This document shows, piece by piece, positions 8,159-17,495 of a stretch of 64,000 bases of DNA. A program made the translations under genes and the position numbers. A model generated the notes under the pieces. That model made no database searches and was not told where the DNA came from. It was given only the letters and a program-made list of their open reading frames with translations. The DNA is from Candidatus Nealsonbacteria bacterium (lineage in GTDB: Bacteria > Patescibacteriota > Minisyncoccia > Minisyncoccales > CAZKCU01), in the NCBI GenBank assembly GCA_047456305.1, contig CP179888.1, positions 381,307-445,306 of the forward strand, written 5' to 3'. Every line of letters starts with the position of its first letter. Positions within the stretch are counted from its first letter, which is position 1.

Positions 8159-10162
8159 ATGAAAAAATTAATGAAAAAGATTGTAGTAAGTATAGTGGGT
8201 TTATCAATGGTACTGATGATGGGGGGAATTGCTCAAGGCGCAACAGTTGAAGAGCTTGAAGATCAAATTGCTGACCTGTTAGCTGAAATAGAAGACTTGC
8301 AAGCTCAAGTAGCTGGGCTTACGGGAGAAGGTGTGGGCGTTTCTTGCACTTTTACTCGTAATCTTTACCCAGGAATGAGTGGCGCCGATGTCAAATGCTT
8401 GCAGGAATACTTAAATGACGCTGGCTACGCTGTAGCTGCTTCAGGTGCTGGCTCTCCTGGTAATGAGACCGAATATTTTGGTCCTCTTACCCAGGCTGCA
8501 GTTGGAGCATGGCAAGACGCTAACGGCGTTGTCTATGGAGCATATAAAGGTTATTTTGGTCCTCTTTCCCAGACTAAATACGACGCGTTAGCTGCCGCAG
8601 CTCCTGCTGAAGAGGAAGAGGAAGAAGAGGAAGCCGTCCTTGAAGGTGGCGCAGGTTCAATTACCGACGCCGACTTTATCTCTTCTCTCAACAACGAGGA
8701 GGTTGGCGAGGGCGCAGAGGATATAGAAGTCGCCGGTCTTGAGATCGAAGCAGATGAAGGTTCGGACATCGAACTTACGGCAGTGCGTCTTGTCTTTGTA
8801 AAGGAAAGCACGGGTGAGGATTCATCCGATGACTTCGAGGACTACGCCGAGGATGTCTCTCTCTGGTTTGACGGAGAGGAAGTTGCTCGCGTTGACGGAG
8901 ATAAATTCGACGACGACAATGACTACTCGCGAACGATCACTCTTGCCTCCGGTGCGGTTATTAGAGCGGACGAGACCGAAGAGCTTGTGGTAGCTGTTTC
9001 GGGAATCGGTAACCTTGACTCTAATGATGCAGGGGAAGAGTGGACCGTTGAGTTTAATAGCATCCGCTTCCGTGACGCGCAAGATGCAGTCATCACGGAT
9101 GCTAACACGGGCGACATTGATGAGGCTACGCGCGAGTTCTCCTTTGAAGTTTTTGCTACTGCAGCAGACATTGATTTGAAGATTCGCGCTGACGATGATG
9201 AAGTCAACGACGCTCACGTGATCAACGTTGATGACGACAATGACACTGATGATGTTGAGGTTCTCTCATTCACCATTGAGATTGAGGGAGATTCCGATGT
9301 AGAGCTTAAGAAGCTTCCAGTAGAGTTTGATAGTGTTAATACTACCGCAACTACATACATCGATGACATGGTATCCAGCGTCCAGCTTTTGATGGATGGT
9401 GACGAGATCGGTAGCGAAAACCTCGCTGCTGACGATGATGACAACCAAACCGTTACCTTCGAGGATCTTGACGTCGTGCTTGAGGCTGGCGAGACATACG
9501 ATTTCCTCGTAACCGCTAACTTCAACGCGCTTGACGGAAGCGACCTTGTTGCCGGTGACACGTTCGCAGCAAATATTGGCTCAACAGAACGAGGCAACAT
9601 TGATGCGGAAGACGAGTCCGGAGAGGATCTTGGGACGGGCGACATGAGCGGTACAGTAACCGGTGGAGCCCACGCGATTTATGACATCAGCTTCACCTTC
9701 GAGTTGGAGAGCATATCATCCTCAATCACTACAGCGCGCGACCCAGGCACCAGTTGTTCAGCTGATACTGCTACCTATGCCATTAAGTTTGAATTAACTG
9801 CTTTTGATGGTGATATAAGTATTGACAGAAGCAGTCAAGAAGATGACACTGATGCGGCTGGCCAAGGTGTTGAGTATGTTGTTACCAATACTACTTCAAG
9901 CTCAGCAACCAGCTCATTGACTTCAACTGCAGGTGATAACCCAGATGTTAGTGGTGCGGCATGGCTTCTTGAAGAAGGTGTGCCTGAAGAGTTCACCCTT
10001 AGTGTGGCAGTTACACCGAATGCTAATCACTTCGCGAAGGTTTACCTTGAATCAATCAACTGGGATTATGATACAGATCAGACCGCAACCTTGTTCTACA
10101 CAGCAGGACTTGGCGAAGAAAAAACATCAACAGATGAGTGTTACTTGAGTGTCACCCCCTAA
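8159..10162 (+). CDS. secreted, highly acidic surface protein with an N-terminal coiled coil and a peptidoglycan-binding domain
   Basis: Signal peptide (MKKLMKKIVVSIVGLSMVLMMGGIAQG), coiled coil (VEELEDQIADLLAEIEDLQAQVAGL), PG_binding_1-like segment (LYPGMSGADVKCLQEYLNDAGY...GPLTQAAV), an E8 run, then about 480 aa rich in D/E/T/S/A. Confidence 0.7.
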   Translation: MKKLMKKIVVSIVGLSMVLMMGGIAQGATVEELEDQIADLLAEIEDLQAQVAGLTGEGVGVSCTFTRNLYPGMSGADVKCLQEYLNDAGYAVAASGAGSPGNETEYFGPLTQAAVGAWQDANGVVYGAYKGYFGPLSQTKYDALAAAAPAEEEEEEEEAVLEGGAGSITDADFISSLNNEEVGEGAEDIEVAGLEIEADEGSDIELTAVRLVFVKESTGEDSSDDFEDYAEDVSLWFDGEEVARVDGDKFDDDNDYSRTITLASGAVIRADETEELVVAVSGIGNLDSNDAGEEWTVEFNSIRFRDAQDAVITDANTGDIDEATREFSFEVFATAADIDLKIRADDDEVNDAHVINVDDDNDTDDVEVLSFTIEIEGDSDVELKKLPVEFDSVNTTATTYIDDMVSSVQLLMDGDEIGSENLAADDDDNQTVTFEDLDVVLEAGETYDFLVTANFNALDGSDLVAGDTFAANIGSTERGNIDAEDESGEDLGTGDMSGTVTGGAHAIYDISFTFELESISSSITTARDPGTSCSADTATYAIKFELTAFDGDISIDRSSQEDDTDAAGQGVEYVVTNTTSSSATSSLTSTAGDNPDVSGAAWLLEEGVPEEFTLSVAVTPNANHFAKVYLESINWDYDTDQTATLFYTAGLGEEKTSTDECYLSVTP

Positions 10163-10216
10163 CCTGATCTGAAGTTTCCGGATAATTCGTGATCTTTTTG
10201 TCTTTCCTTGTGAGGC

Positions 10217-10250
10217 CTGAAAAGCCGCTCCTCGACGGAGCGGTTTTCAG
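10217..10250 (+). terminator. long stem-loop downstream of the surface-protein gene
   Basis: CTGAAAAGCCGCTCC-tcgac-GGAGCGGTTTTCAG forms a stem of about 14 bp with one bulge. There is no long T-run. Confidence 0.4.
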
Positions 10251-10252
10251 TT

Positions 10253-10294
10253 ACGCTGATATAGACGCCGATCTAGACGCTGAAATTACGCTGA
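10253..10294. repeat. array of four phased ACGC(T/C)GA heptamers
   Basis: Heptamers at 10253, 10265, 10277 and 10288 (spacing 12, 12, 11). The array is the inverted counterpart of the one at 10740-10780. Confidence 0.8.
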
Positions 10295-10335
10295 ATATTT
10301 GTGAAATTTCCAAAAGACATTTATAATAGTATAAT

Positions 10336-10749
10336 ATGGTTAAGAAAAAAGTTTCTGATTTCTTGTACGAAAAGGAGTCATACGAAATCTGAGGAGCATG
10401 CTTTGGTGTTTATAAAACATTTGGCGGAGCATTTAAGGAAAAAGCAATAGATCGAGCCTTAACAAAGGCTTTGGAAAAACGGGGATTAAAAGTGGAAGAG
10501 CAGAAGCGTATTGATATTTATTTTGAAAACGAGAAGGTAGGTACTTATGTCCCAGATAAAATTATTAATGAATGTATTCTTTCAGAAATTAAAGTAAAAT
10601 CTTTTTTGACTAAGCAAGATATAGACCAGTTTTGGAAATATCTAAGAGGTTCAGAATATAAACTTGGTTTTTTAATAAACTTTGGCTCAAATAAATTGAC
10701 AATAAAAAGGGTCGTATATGATACTGCTAGAAGAAATTATCAGCGTTAA
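10336..10749 (+). pseudogene. GxxExxY-family (PD-(D/E)XK-like) protein gene interrupted by one in-frame TGA
   Basis: ATG 10336 gives MVKKKVSDFLYEKESYEI, then TGA at 10390-10392. The same frame continues GACFGVYKTFGGAFKEKAIDRALTKALEKRGLKVEEQ...FLINFGSNKLTIKRVVY. The total of about 137 codons is normal for this family. Confidence 0.7.
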
Positions 10750-10780
10750 TTCAGCGTATTCATCAGCGTAACTTCAGCGT
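10740..10780. repeat. array of four phased TCAGCGT heptamers
   Basis: Heptamers at 10740, 10751, 10764 and 10774. The array ends 3 nt before the ATG of the next gene. Confidence 0.8.
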
Positions 10781-10783
10781 CAT

Positions 10784-12496
10784 ATGTCTCAAAAAGTCAA
10801 ACTTACAACAATCTTTCTTGGAATAACACTCTTGGCAGTTCCATTGGCAGTCAGCGCTGTTTCCTTGAGTCAGCAAAGCAATTTTTTTGTAGATTCCTCT
10901 TATGATTTGTATGGCAGAAAAGAAATTTCAGCTACTTTAGAAAAAATCACCAATCAAGTTTATTTTTATGTTGATACAACTTGGTGGGATAAGTTAGATT
11001 ATTCAAAAAAAATGGAAATTGGTAAAAAACTTTATGATTTGAGCGATGAATTTGAAAGAAAAATTTATCCAATCTTAACTTCTACTTTTGGTTCAGAATG
11101 GAAGCCCGGAATTGACAAAGACGAGAGAATAACGATCTTGATTCATCCGATGAAAAAAGAAGCCGGCGGTTATTTTAATTCCGGCGATGTCTATTTCAAA
11201 CTTCAATATCCGAGGTCAAATCAAAGAGAAATGGTTTATTTAAATAGCCAGCATATTGATAAACCTGAAGCAAAAAGTTTGCTTGCTCACGAATTTACCC
11301 ATTTAATCACGGTCAACCAGAAAGATTTATTAAGAAATGTGACCGAGGAGGTCTGGCTGAATGAAGCCCGGGCAGAATATGCTCCGACTTTACTGGGTTA
11401 TGACGATATTTACAAGGGAAGCAATCTTGAGAGAAGGGTCAAAGCTTTTCTGGAAAAACCAAATGATTCTTTAACCGAGTGGCGGAACGAGAAAGAAGAC
11501 TATGGCGCAATAAATTTATTTACTCAGTATCTGGTTGACTATTACGGAAAGAAGATTTTAGTTGATTCTCTGCAATCTTCAAAAGTAGGAATTCCTTCAA
11601 TAAATGAGGCCCTGACAAAAAATGGTTTCAAAGAAGATTTTTCCCAGATCTTCACTGACTGGACAATTTCTGTTTTAGTTAATGATTGTAATTTAGGAGA
11701 AAAATACTGCTATAAAAATGAAAATTTAAAAAACCTCAAAATAGTTCCTGAAAGTAGTTTTCTTTCAACAGCAATAGAAAGCAGTTTATCCGTTTACAGC
11801 CGAATAAAGGATTGGTCGGCAAGATGGCAAAGGCTTTTTGGGGGAAAAGGAGGGTTGACTTTTAAATTCAGCGGCAGAGAAGGGGTGAAATTCAAAGTTC
11901 CTTATGTGTTGTGCGATTATGCGAATAATTGCTCTGTGAAGTTTTTTAATTTAGACGAACAGCAAAAAGGAGAAGTTATTATTCCGGAATTCACTTCAAA
12001 ATATTCTTCTTTAACTTTAATTCCTTCTGTTCAAAATAAATTATCTGGTTTTACCGACAATGAGCCAACTTATCTTTTTTCTTGGGACGTTAGGATAAAA
12101 GAGGTATCAAGAGATGACCCAGAATTAGTTAAAAAACTTTTAGCTCAAATTGCGAGCCTAAAAGCAGAAATTGCCAGGCTTCAAGCTCAAATTAATACTA
12201 TTTTAGGAAAGGAACAAACTCAGGTCTCTTGTTTGAGGTTTGAAAGCAATCTTTATTATGGAATGAGAGATAATTCCGAGGTAGGTTGTTTACAGGAATT
12301 TTTAAAAAATCAGGGGCAGGAAATTTATCCTGAAGGATTGGTCACTGGAAACTTTCTTATTTTGACTAAGACTGCTGTAATTCGCTTTCAGGAAAAATAT
12401 AATTCAGAAATATTAAAACCCCTCGGTTTAGAGAGGGGAACAGGCTATGTGGGCCCAGCAACAAGAATAAAAATCAATCACCTCCTCGGCTTTTAA
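10784..12496 (+). CDS. secreted MA-clan zinc peptidase-like protein with a C-terminal coiled coil and PG-binding domain
   Basis: Signal peptide. HExxH plus a downstream Glu (LLAHEFTHLITV...WLNEARAEY). C-terminal LLAQIASLKAEIARLQAQI followed by a PG_binding_1-like segment (LYYGMRDNSEVGCLQEFLKNQG...). Confidence 0.65.
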   Translation: MSQKVKLTTIFLGITLLAVPLAVSAVSLSQQSNFFVDSSYDLYGRKEISATLEKITNQVYFYVDTTWWDKLDYSKKMEIGKKLYDLSDEFERKIYPILTSTFGSEWKPGIDKDERITILIHPMKKEAGGYFNSGDVYFKLQYPRSNQREMVYLNSQHIDKPEAKSLLAHEFTHLITVNQKDLLRNVTEEVWLNEARAEYAPTLLGYDDIYKGSNLERRVKAFLEKPNDSLTEWRNEKEDYGAINLFTQYLVDYYGKKILVDSLQSSKVGIPSINEALTKNGFKEDFSQIFTDWTISVLVNDCNLGEKYCYKNENLKNLKIVPESSFLSTAIESSLSVYSRIKDWSARWQRLFGGKGGLTFKFSGREGVKFKVPYVLCDYANNCSVKFFNLDEQQKGEVIIPEFTSKYSSLTLIPSVQNKLSGFTDNEPTYLFSWDVRIKEVSRDDPELVKKLLAQIASLKAEIARLQAQINTILGKEQTQVSCLRFESNLYYGMRDNSEVGCLQEFLKNQGQEIYPEGLVTGNFLILTKTAVIRFQEKYNSEILKPLGLERGTGYVGPATRIKINHLLGF

Positions 12497-12508
12497 TTTA
12501 AAATTAAG

Positions 12509-14827
12509 TTATTGTTCCAAGCTTCTCAAAAATTCATCTACCACTGGTTTAGCTTTAGGGTCCAACTCCAACGCTTTTAAAGCTACTTCTCTTGCTTTTC
12601 CTTTATCTCCCAATTCTTTATAAATAACAGCCAAAGAAGCATAAAGTTGGGCTTTTTTAGTTTTATCAGAGGTAATTGAAATTAATCTTGGATAAGTTTC
12701 AGCTAAACCTTGGTAGTTTTTAATTCTCATATACATATTAAGTAGTTGTGATAGAGCTTCTTTTGATTCCGTGTTGTAATCTTTTTCTTGAGCAAGGGCT
12801 ATAAAATAATTAAATTCTTCAGAATTTTCTAAATAAGCTTGGATTAATGCCATTAGCCAATAACATTCTCCAGAATTTGGATTTAAATTAATACATTGTT
12901 GGGCTTTTTCTTTTGCTTTCTGGTATTCGCCGGTTATTAAATTAGTTTTTGACCACTCAGTAAAAATTTCCTGGTGTTTTGGACTTAATAAGTGAGCTTT
13001 CTCAAAGTAATAATTTGCCTCATTTTTTAGCTTCTCTATTTCTTCTGTGATAATGTTATCATTAAGTTCAAGTTTTTTTTCCATTAAGACATTAGTGTAT
13101 TCAGCGAGCAAAAGCCAATTTCGAGTATAATAAGGATGAATCTCTATATTTTTTTTAAGAAGTTGAATTGCTTTTTTAGCAAACTCCTCAGCTGATTTTG
13201 ATTTTTCGTCAGTACAAGTTTGAATAATACCTGCACATTTTAGTCGTAAATAATTGTCTATGATACTATGGGAAGAAGAGATATTTTCTATTATTTTTAA
13301 AGATTTTTCACACTTTTCGTTTTTCGAAAAATAAATAGCTAAATTTAAATCTTTGTTAATTTGAAAAGGCTTTAGATTAAAAGACCAAATAAACCAGATT
13401 AAACAAATCAAAAGGACAAATATTATTGTTTTTTTATATTTATATAATCTATTAATAACAGCTTTCTCTATTTTTTTATTATTATTTAGAGAATCGACTT
13501 CCATTCGCAAATTAGCATTAGATATCAGATGCAAAGAATAGCTGATTAGAAGAAAGGAGATGAGATAAGAAGAAAAAGTATCAAAACTAGAAAGATTGGC
13601 TATTAAATAACCGACGAAAGTTGCCTGAATTCCATGACAAATTACAGCTGTTTCTGGTCGCTTTCTTTTTACTTTCTGGAGCTGCCAAAACAGAGTTCCA
13701 AAAAGCGAAAGATAAATTATTAGAGCCGGGATACCAGCTGCAATCGGGATATCAAAAATAAAATTATGAGCTCTATCCCACCATTCTACTCCTCTTAGAA
13801 GCAGGGAAGTATCATAATACTTGTCAAAAGCAATCATAAAATTCTCTGGTCCATAACCTAAAACTGGTCTGGCTTTAAGAGCTTCCCATGAAACTTTCCA
13901 GCTGGAAATTCGGGGGTCTCCAAGAGCGGTTTTAATTGAAAGCCGGCTTATAGTCCCTCTGATAAGTTTATTTTCCTGAATAACTTGAGGAAGTTGGGAC
14001 TGGGTATTAATATAATAAATTCCGCAAATTCCTAAAATTAAAAGAATCCCGGTAAAAACTTTAACCAAAAGCAATCTCTTTGGATAAAAAAATAAAAACC
14101 AAAGAAAACCAACAACTAATCCAATATAAACAGCTCTGGTTTTAGCTAAAAAAATAATAATAAAAAGAAACAGTAAAAAAGAAGAGAAATAAAAAATCTT
14201 TCTTTTAAAATTCTTCTTTTGAATTCCGAAAGAGAGAGTTAAAAAACTCAAAAGCAAAAGATAAATCGCCAACATTATTGGATTGCCGAAGGTGGAAAAG
14301 GGGCGGCCTTCATAAGTAATAAGGATATCTTTAAACAAACCCTGCCATTGAAAAACAGCGAAAATTGAAACAAAAATTCCAATCAAAATGGCGAAATTCC
14401 AGATTTTCTGCCAATCTAATTTTCGTAAAACTAAAAAAGATAAGACAGCAAAAATAATATAGAAAGAAAAATTTACAAAGCCGCCGGAACGATAAGGATT
14501 TCCCCAGAGGCTAAAGTGAGGGTCTAAAGAAAAAATTGTTGCCAAAAGGTAAATTCCGAATAAGGCAACCAAAAGCCAGAAGGCCAGAGATACTGATTTT
14601 ATTTTGTTTTTGATATTAAAGATATCAACTTTTTTATAGAGAATCTGCCCCAAAAACAAGAAAACTAAAATAGAAAGGATAATGCGAAAAACTATGGTTT
14701 TGCCCCAGCCAATAGGCGTAAACCAAGGGGGCAAATTCAAAAGCGGCAAAGACAAAATCAAAAAAAAGCCAATTAAATAGAACCAACGGAATCTATTTTG
14801 AGGTAAGATTATCTGCTTGTCTTTCAT
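12509..14827 (-). CDS. O-antigen ligase/polymerase (Wzy_C)-family membrane protein with C-terminal TPR repeats
   Basis: About 12 TM helices, the Wzy_C-like motif WDRAHNFIFDIPIAAGIPALIIY, and a C-terminal TPR-like half. Confidence 0.75.
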   Translation of the reverse strand: MKDKQIILPQNRFRWFYLIGFFLILSLPLLNLPPWFTPIGWGKTIVFRIILSILVFLFLGQILYKKVDIFNIKNKIKSVSLAFWLLVALFGIYLLATIFSLDPHFSLWGNPYRSGGFVNFSFYIIFAVLSFLVLRKLDWQKIWNFAILIGIFVSIFAVFQWQGLFKDILITYEGRPFSTFGNPIMLAIYLLLLSFLTLSFGIQKKNFKRKIFYFSSFLLFLFIIIFLAKTRAVYIGLVVGFLWFLFFYPKRLLLVKVFTGILLILGICGIYYINTQSQLPQVIQENKLIRGTISRLSIKTALGDPRISSWKVSWEALKARPVLGYGPENFMIAFDKYYDTSLLLRGVEWWDRAHNFIFDIPIAAGIPALIIYLSLFGTLFWQLQKVKRKRPETAVICHGIQATFVGYLIANLSSFDTFSSYLISFLLISYSLHLISNANLRMEVDSLNNNKKIEKAVINRLYKYKKTIIFVLLICLIWFIWSFNLKPFQINKDLNLAIYFSKNEKCEKSLKIIENISSSHSIIDNYLRLKCAGIIQTCTDEKSKSAEEFAKKAIQLLKKNIEIHPYYTRNWLLLAEYTNVLMEKKLELNDNIITEEIEKLKNEANYYFEKAHLLSPKHQEIFTEWSKTNLITGEYQKAKEKAQQCINLNPNSGECYWLMALIQAYLENSEEFNYFIALAQEKDYNTESKEALSQLLNMYMRIKNYQGLAETYPRLISITSDKTKKAQLYASLAVIYKELGDKGKAREVALKALELDPKAKPVVDEFLRSLEQ

Positions 14828-14864
14828 ATTATTTTATGATACAAAGAAAATATAAAAACCACAA

Positions 14865-15335
14865 ATGAAAATGGGAAATAAAAAGAAAAAAATTATTGTA
14901 GCAGTAAGTGGGGGATTTGATCCACTCCATGCCGGCCATATCAAATTATTTAAAGCAGCTAAAAAACTCGGGGATAAGTTGATAGTAATTTTAAATAATG
15001 ATAATTGGTTAAAGAAAAAGAAGGGTTTTGTATTTATCCCTCAAAATGAAAGAAAGGAGATTATTAAATCATTAAAATGGGTTGATAGAGTTATTATCGC
15101 TGGGCACGGTCCCGACCCAAAAGATCTGAGCGTGGGGGCTGAGCTTAAAAAATTGAGGCCGAACATTTTTGCCAACGGCGGGGATAGAACCAAAAAAAAT
15201 ATTCCCGAAGTAGCAATATGTAAAACAATTAACTGTAAGATGGTTTTTAATGTGGGGAAGGGCGGAAAAATTCAATCAAGTTCCTGGTTATTAAAAAAAT
15301 TCTTAAAGGCAAAAAATATTTCCCGGGAGTCATAA
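14865..15335 (+). CDS. cytidylyl/adenylyltransferase-family protein (RfaE domain II / TagD-like)
   Basis: VAVSGGFDPLHAGHIKLFKAAKKLGDKLIVILNND carries the nucleotidyltransferase HxGH signature. Confidence 0.8.
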   Translation: MKMGNKKKKIIVAVSGGFDPLHAGHIKLFKAAKKLGDKLIVILNNDNWLKKKKGFVFIPQNERKEIIKSLKWVDRVIIAGHGPDPKDLSVGAELKKLRPNIFANGGDRTKKNIPEVAICKTINCKMVFNVGKGGKIQSSSWLLKKFLKAKNISRES

Positions 15336-15429
15336 ATTACTATAGGGCTAAATTTTTAACCTAATTTTGATACTAATTGACCCCTCTTGACACCATTTTC
15401 TAAGAGGGGTTATTATTAATAATAGATAT

Positions 15430-15678
15430 ATGCCAAAAGAAATTAAACCAAATCAGGTTTATACAACTAAAGAAGCGCAGGATTTTCTAAAAATAAGCAC
15501 CAGCACTACCAAGAGATTATTAAAGAAAGGAATAATTAAAGCCTATAAAGTGGGAGGCAGATACCGAATTTGGGGAAGCGAAATCTTAAAATTGGTTTCC
15601 CCAGAAGTTGAGTCAGGGGTTTATAAGGTTTATAAACGCCTTAGAGAAAAAACCAAAAAAACCATTGAAAAATGGTGA
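15430..15678 (+). CDS. excisionase/MerR-type helix-turn-helix DNA-binding protein
   Basis: YTTKEAQDFLKISTSTTKRLLKKGIIKAYKVGGRYRI matches the HTH_17 pattern. Confidence 0.7.
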   Translation: MPKEIKPNQVYTTKEAQDFLKISTSTTKRLLKKGIIKAYKVGGRYRIWGSEILKLVSPEVESGVYKVYKRLREKTKKTIEKW

Positions 15679-15698
15679 TTTTTTAATAAAAAGTAATT

Positions 15699-17159
15699 AT
15701 GAAAATTAGAAATTTCACTGATGTTAAGTCATTATTTTTTGATAATAAAACCCTTAAACAAACGATTTTTAAAAATATTAGTTGGCTAATAGTAGCTGAA
15801 GTAATTTCAAAAGGAATTGGATTTTTAGTAGTTGTTTGGTTGGCTCGTCATTTTGGTCCAACAATTTATGGTCAATGGGCATTTGCTTTGAGTTTTGTGG
15901 CTATTTTCGCTGTATTGGCTGATTTTGGATTTTCAACTTTAACTGTAAGAGAAATTGCCAGAGATAAATTTAAAAGTGCAAAGTATATTGACAATATAAT
16001 AGGAATGAAATTAATTTTGGGACTGGTTACTCTTGGCTTGATTGCTTTTGTTATCCAATTTTTAGGAAAAGAACCGGAAATCGTAAAATTAGTCTATTTT
16101 TTAGGAATTTATGTAGTTTTAAATACTTTTGCTACCTTTTTTCACTCAATTTTTAGAGCAAATGAAAAAATGGAATATGAGGCGGCCTCTCGAGTTATTC
16201 AGAGTGTAAGTTTATTGGGATTGGTAGCCTTTTTTATTCTTAATAAAGGCTCTATTTTAACTATAAGTTATGCCTATCTCAGCGCTGTTTTAATTGGAAT
16301 AATTTTTACTTTAATTTTTATCAGGTGCTATTTTTCAAAGTTCTTTTTAAAAATTAATTTTGAAATATGTCAGGAAATTTTTAAAGAAGCCTGGCCAATC
16401 GGTTTAGTTGCTTTAGCCACTACTATTTGTTATTCTTTAGGTTCGGTATTACTTGGCCTTATGAGATCAGATATAGAAGTGGGTTGGTATAATGCTGCTT
16501 CTCGAATAATATTCGCCATTATTCCCTTCTCGAGTATCTTCTTTTTTAGCTTTTTTCCTCAAATGAGTCGAGCTTTCAAAGAAAGCTACGATAATTTAAA
16601 GAATGTCGTTGAAAAATATGCTCTTTTAATGTTCGGAGTAGGATTACCTCTGGGAATTGGCGGCTTTATAGTCGCTCCAGAGTTAATAAAATTTTTATAT
16701 GGACAGCCATATCTTGAAACCACATTGCCTTTCCAGATATTAGTTTGGAATTTGACAATAATTTTTATGATCACTCTCTATGGAAATTCTTTATGGGCCC
16801 TTGATAAACAAAAAGATTTTTTAAAAGCAGTTTTAATCGGAGCAACATTCAACATTGCTGCAAATTTAGTTTTAATACCAAAATATGGCATAATTGGAGC
16901 GGCAATTGCTGCCCTTTTAACAGAAATTGTAATATTTATAAAAGTATCTATTGAATTTAATAAAACAATCAAAATAAATTTGAAAAATATTCTTTTACCT
17001 ACTGGTGTTTCTTCCATTTCTATGGCCTTAGTTTTAATCGGAGTAAAAGAAATAGGAATTATGAATCCAATTTTATTAATTCTATGTGGTGGAATAATTT
17101 ATATTTTAATACTTTATTTCTATATAAGAAAAAATCTTGGAACGATGATAAAAATTTAA
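15699..17159 (+). CDS. polysaccharide flippase (Wzx, MOP superfamily)
   Basis: 486 aa with about 12-14 TM helices, and it sits in a glycan cluster. Confidence 0.75.
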   Translation: MKIRNFTDVKSLFFDNKTLKQTIFKNISWLIVAEVISKGIGFLVVVWLARHFGPTIYGQWAFALSFVAIFAVLADFGFSTLTVREIARDKFKSAKYIDNIIGMKLILGLVTLGLIAFVIQFLGKEPEIVKLVYFLGIYVVLNTFATFFHSIFRANEKMEYEAASRVIQSVSLLGLVAFFILNKGSILTISYAYLSAVLIGIIFTLIFIRCYFSKFFLKINFEICQEIFKEAWPIGLVALATTICYSLGSVLLGLMRSDIEVGWYNAASRIIFAIIPFSSIFFFSFFPQMSRAFKESYDNLKNVVEKYALLMFGVGLPLGIGGFIVAPELIKFLYGQPYLETTLPFQILVWNLTIIFMITLYGNSLWALDKQKDFLKAVLIGATFNIAANLVLIPKYGIIGAAIAALLTEIVIFIKVSIEFNKTIKINLKNILLPTGVSSISMALVLIGVKEIGIMNPILLILCGGIIYILILYFYIRKNLGTMIKI

Positions 17160-17177
17160 ATTAAATAAACAAGTTCT

Positions 17178-17495
17178 ATGGATCAACAACCTTTCACATT
17201 TATTAAACGTATCCGCGAGTTGCGCAAAATATCAGGAGGTTCTCTTAATTGCGGTTGGATGTGTGATGAAATTGTATTTTTATTATATAGTTTAGTAAAA
17301 GTATATAAACCAGAGCTGGTAATCCAAACAGGGCATTTATGGGGTAAATCTATTTGTATTGTGTTAGATGCTTTAACAAATGGATTTCTAATGGGTGATT
17401 ATTCGATTGAAGACCGAGAACAAAACGGCGATCTTAAATTCTTAGAGTTTCTTAAAAAAAATAAACCCGCCCCCCCCAAAAAAAATGTAAGGTGA
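17178..17495 (+). CDS. class I SAM-dependent methyltransferase, N-terminal fragment (frame broken at a C8A8 tract)
   Basis: Contains a motif-I-like strand, ELVIQTGHLWGKSICIVL. The ORF ends just after the homopolymer at 17470-17485. Confidence 0.6.
   Translation: MDQQPFTFIKRIRELRKISGGSLNCGWMCDEIVFLLYSLVKVYKPELVIQTGHLWGKSICIVLDALTNGFLMGDYSIEDREQNGDLKFLEFLKKNKPAPPKKNVR
17470..17485 (+). repeat. homopolymer C8 followed by A8 at the junction of two ORF fragments
   Basis: GCCCCCCCCAAAAAAAATG. Adding one nt (or removing two) fuses 17178..17495 with 17492..18004. Confidence 0.9.

Noticed and set aside
8551-9645. A set of antisense and alternative-frame ORFs (8551..8811, 8822..9217, 8923..9207, 9214..9645, 9266..9448, 9933..10148) inside the acidic surface-protein gene.
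   Set aside because: These are shadow ORFs typical of locally GC-rich, stop-poor sequence. Their translations are low-complexity S/A/R-rich, and the sense frame has a signal peptide and domain structure.
10390-10392. In-frame TGA in the GxxExxY gene as evidence for an alternative genetic code (UGA read as Gly or Trp) or selenocysteine.
   Set aside because: Many well-conserved genes in this window end properly at TGA (for example 57..1661, secD and prfB's own regulatory TGA), and they match homolog lengths under the standard code. No SECIS-like context was evident. A simple nonsense mutation (for example CGA to TGA) is the economical explanation.
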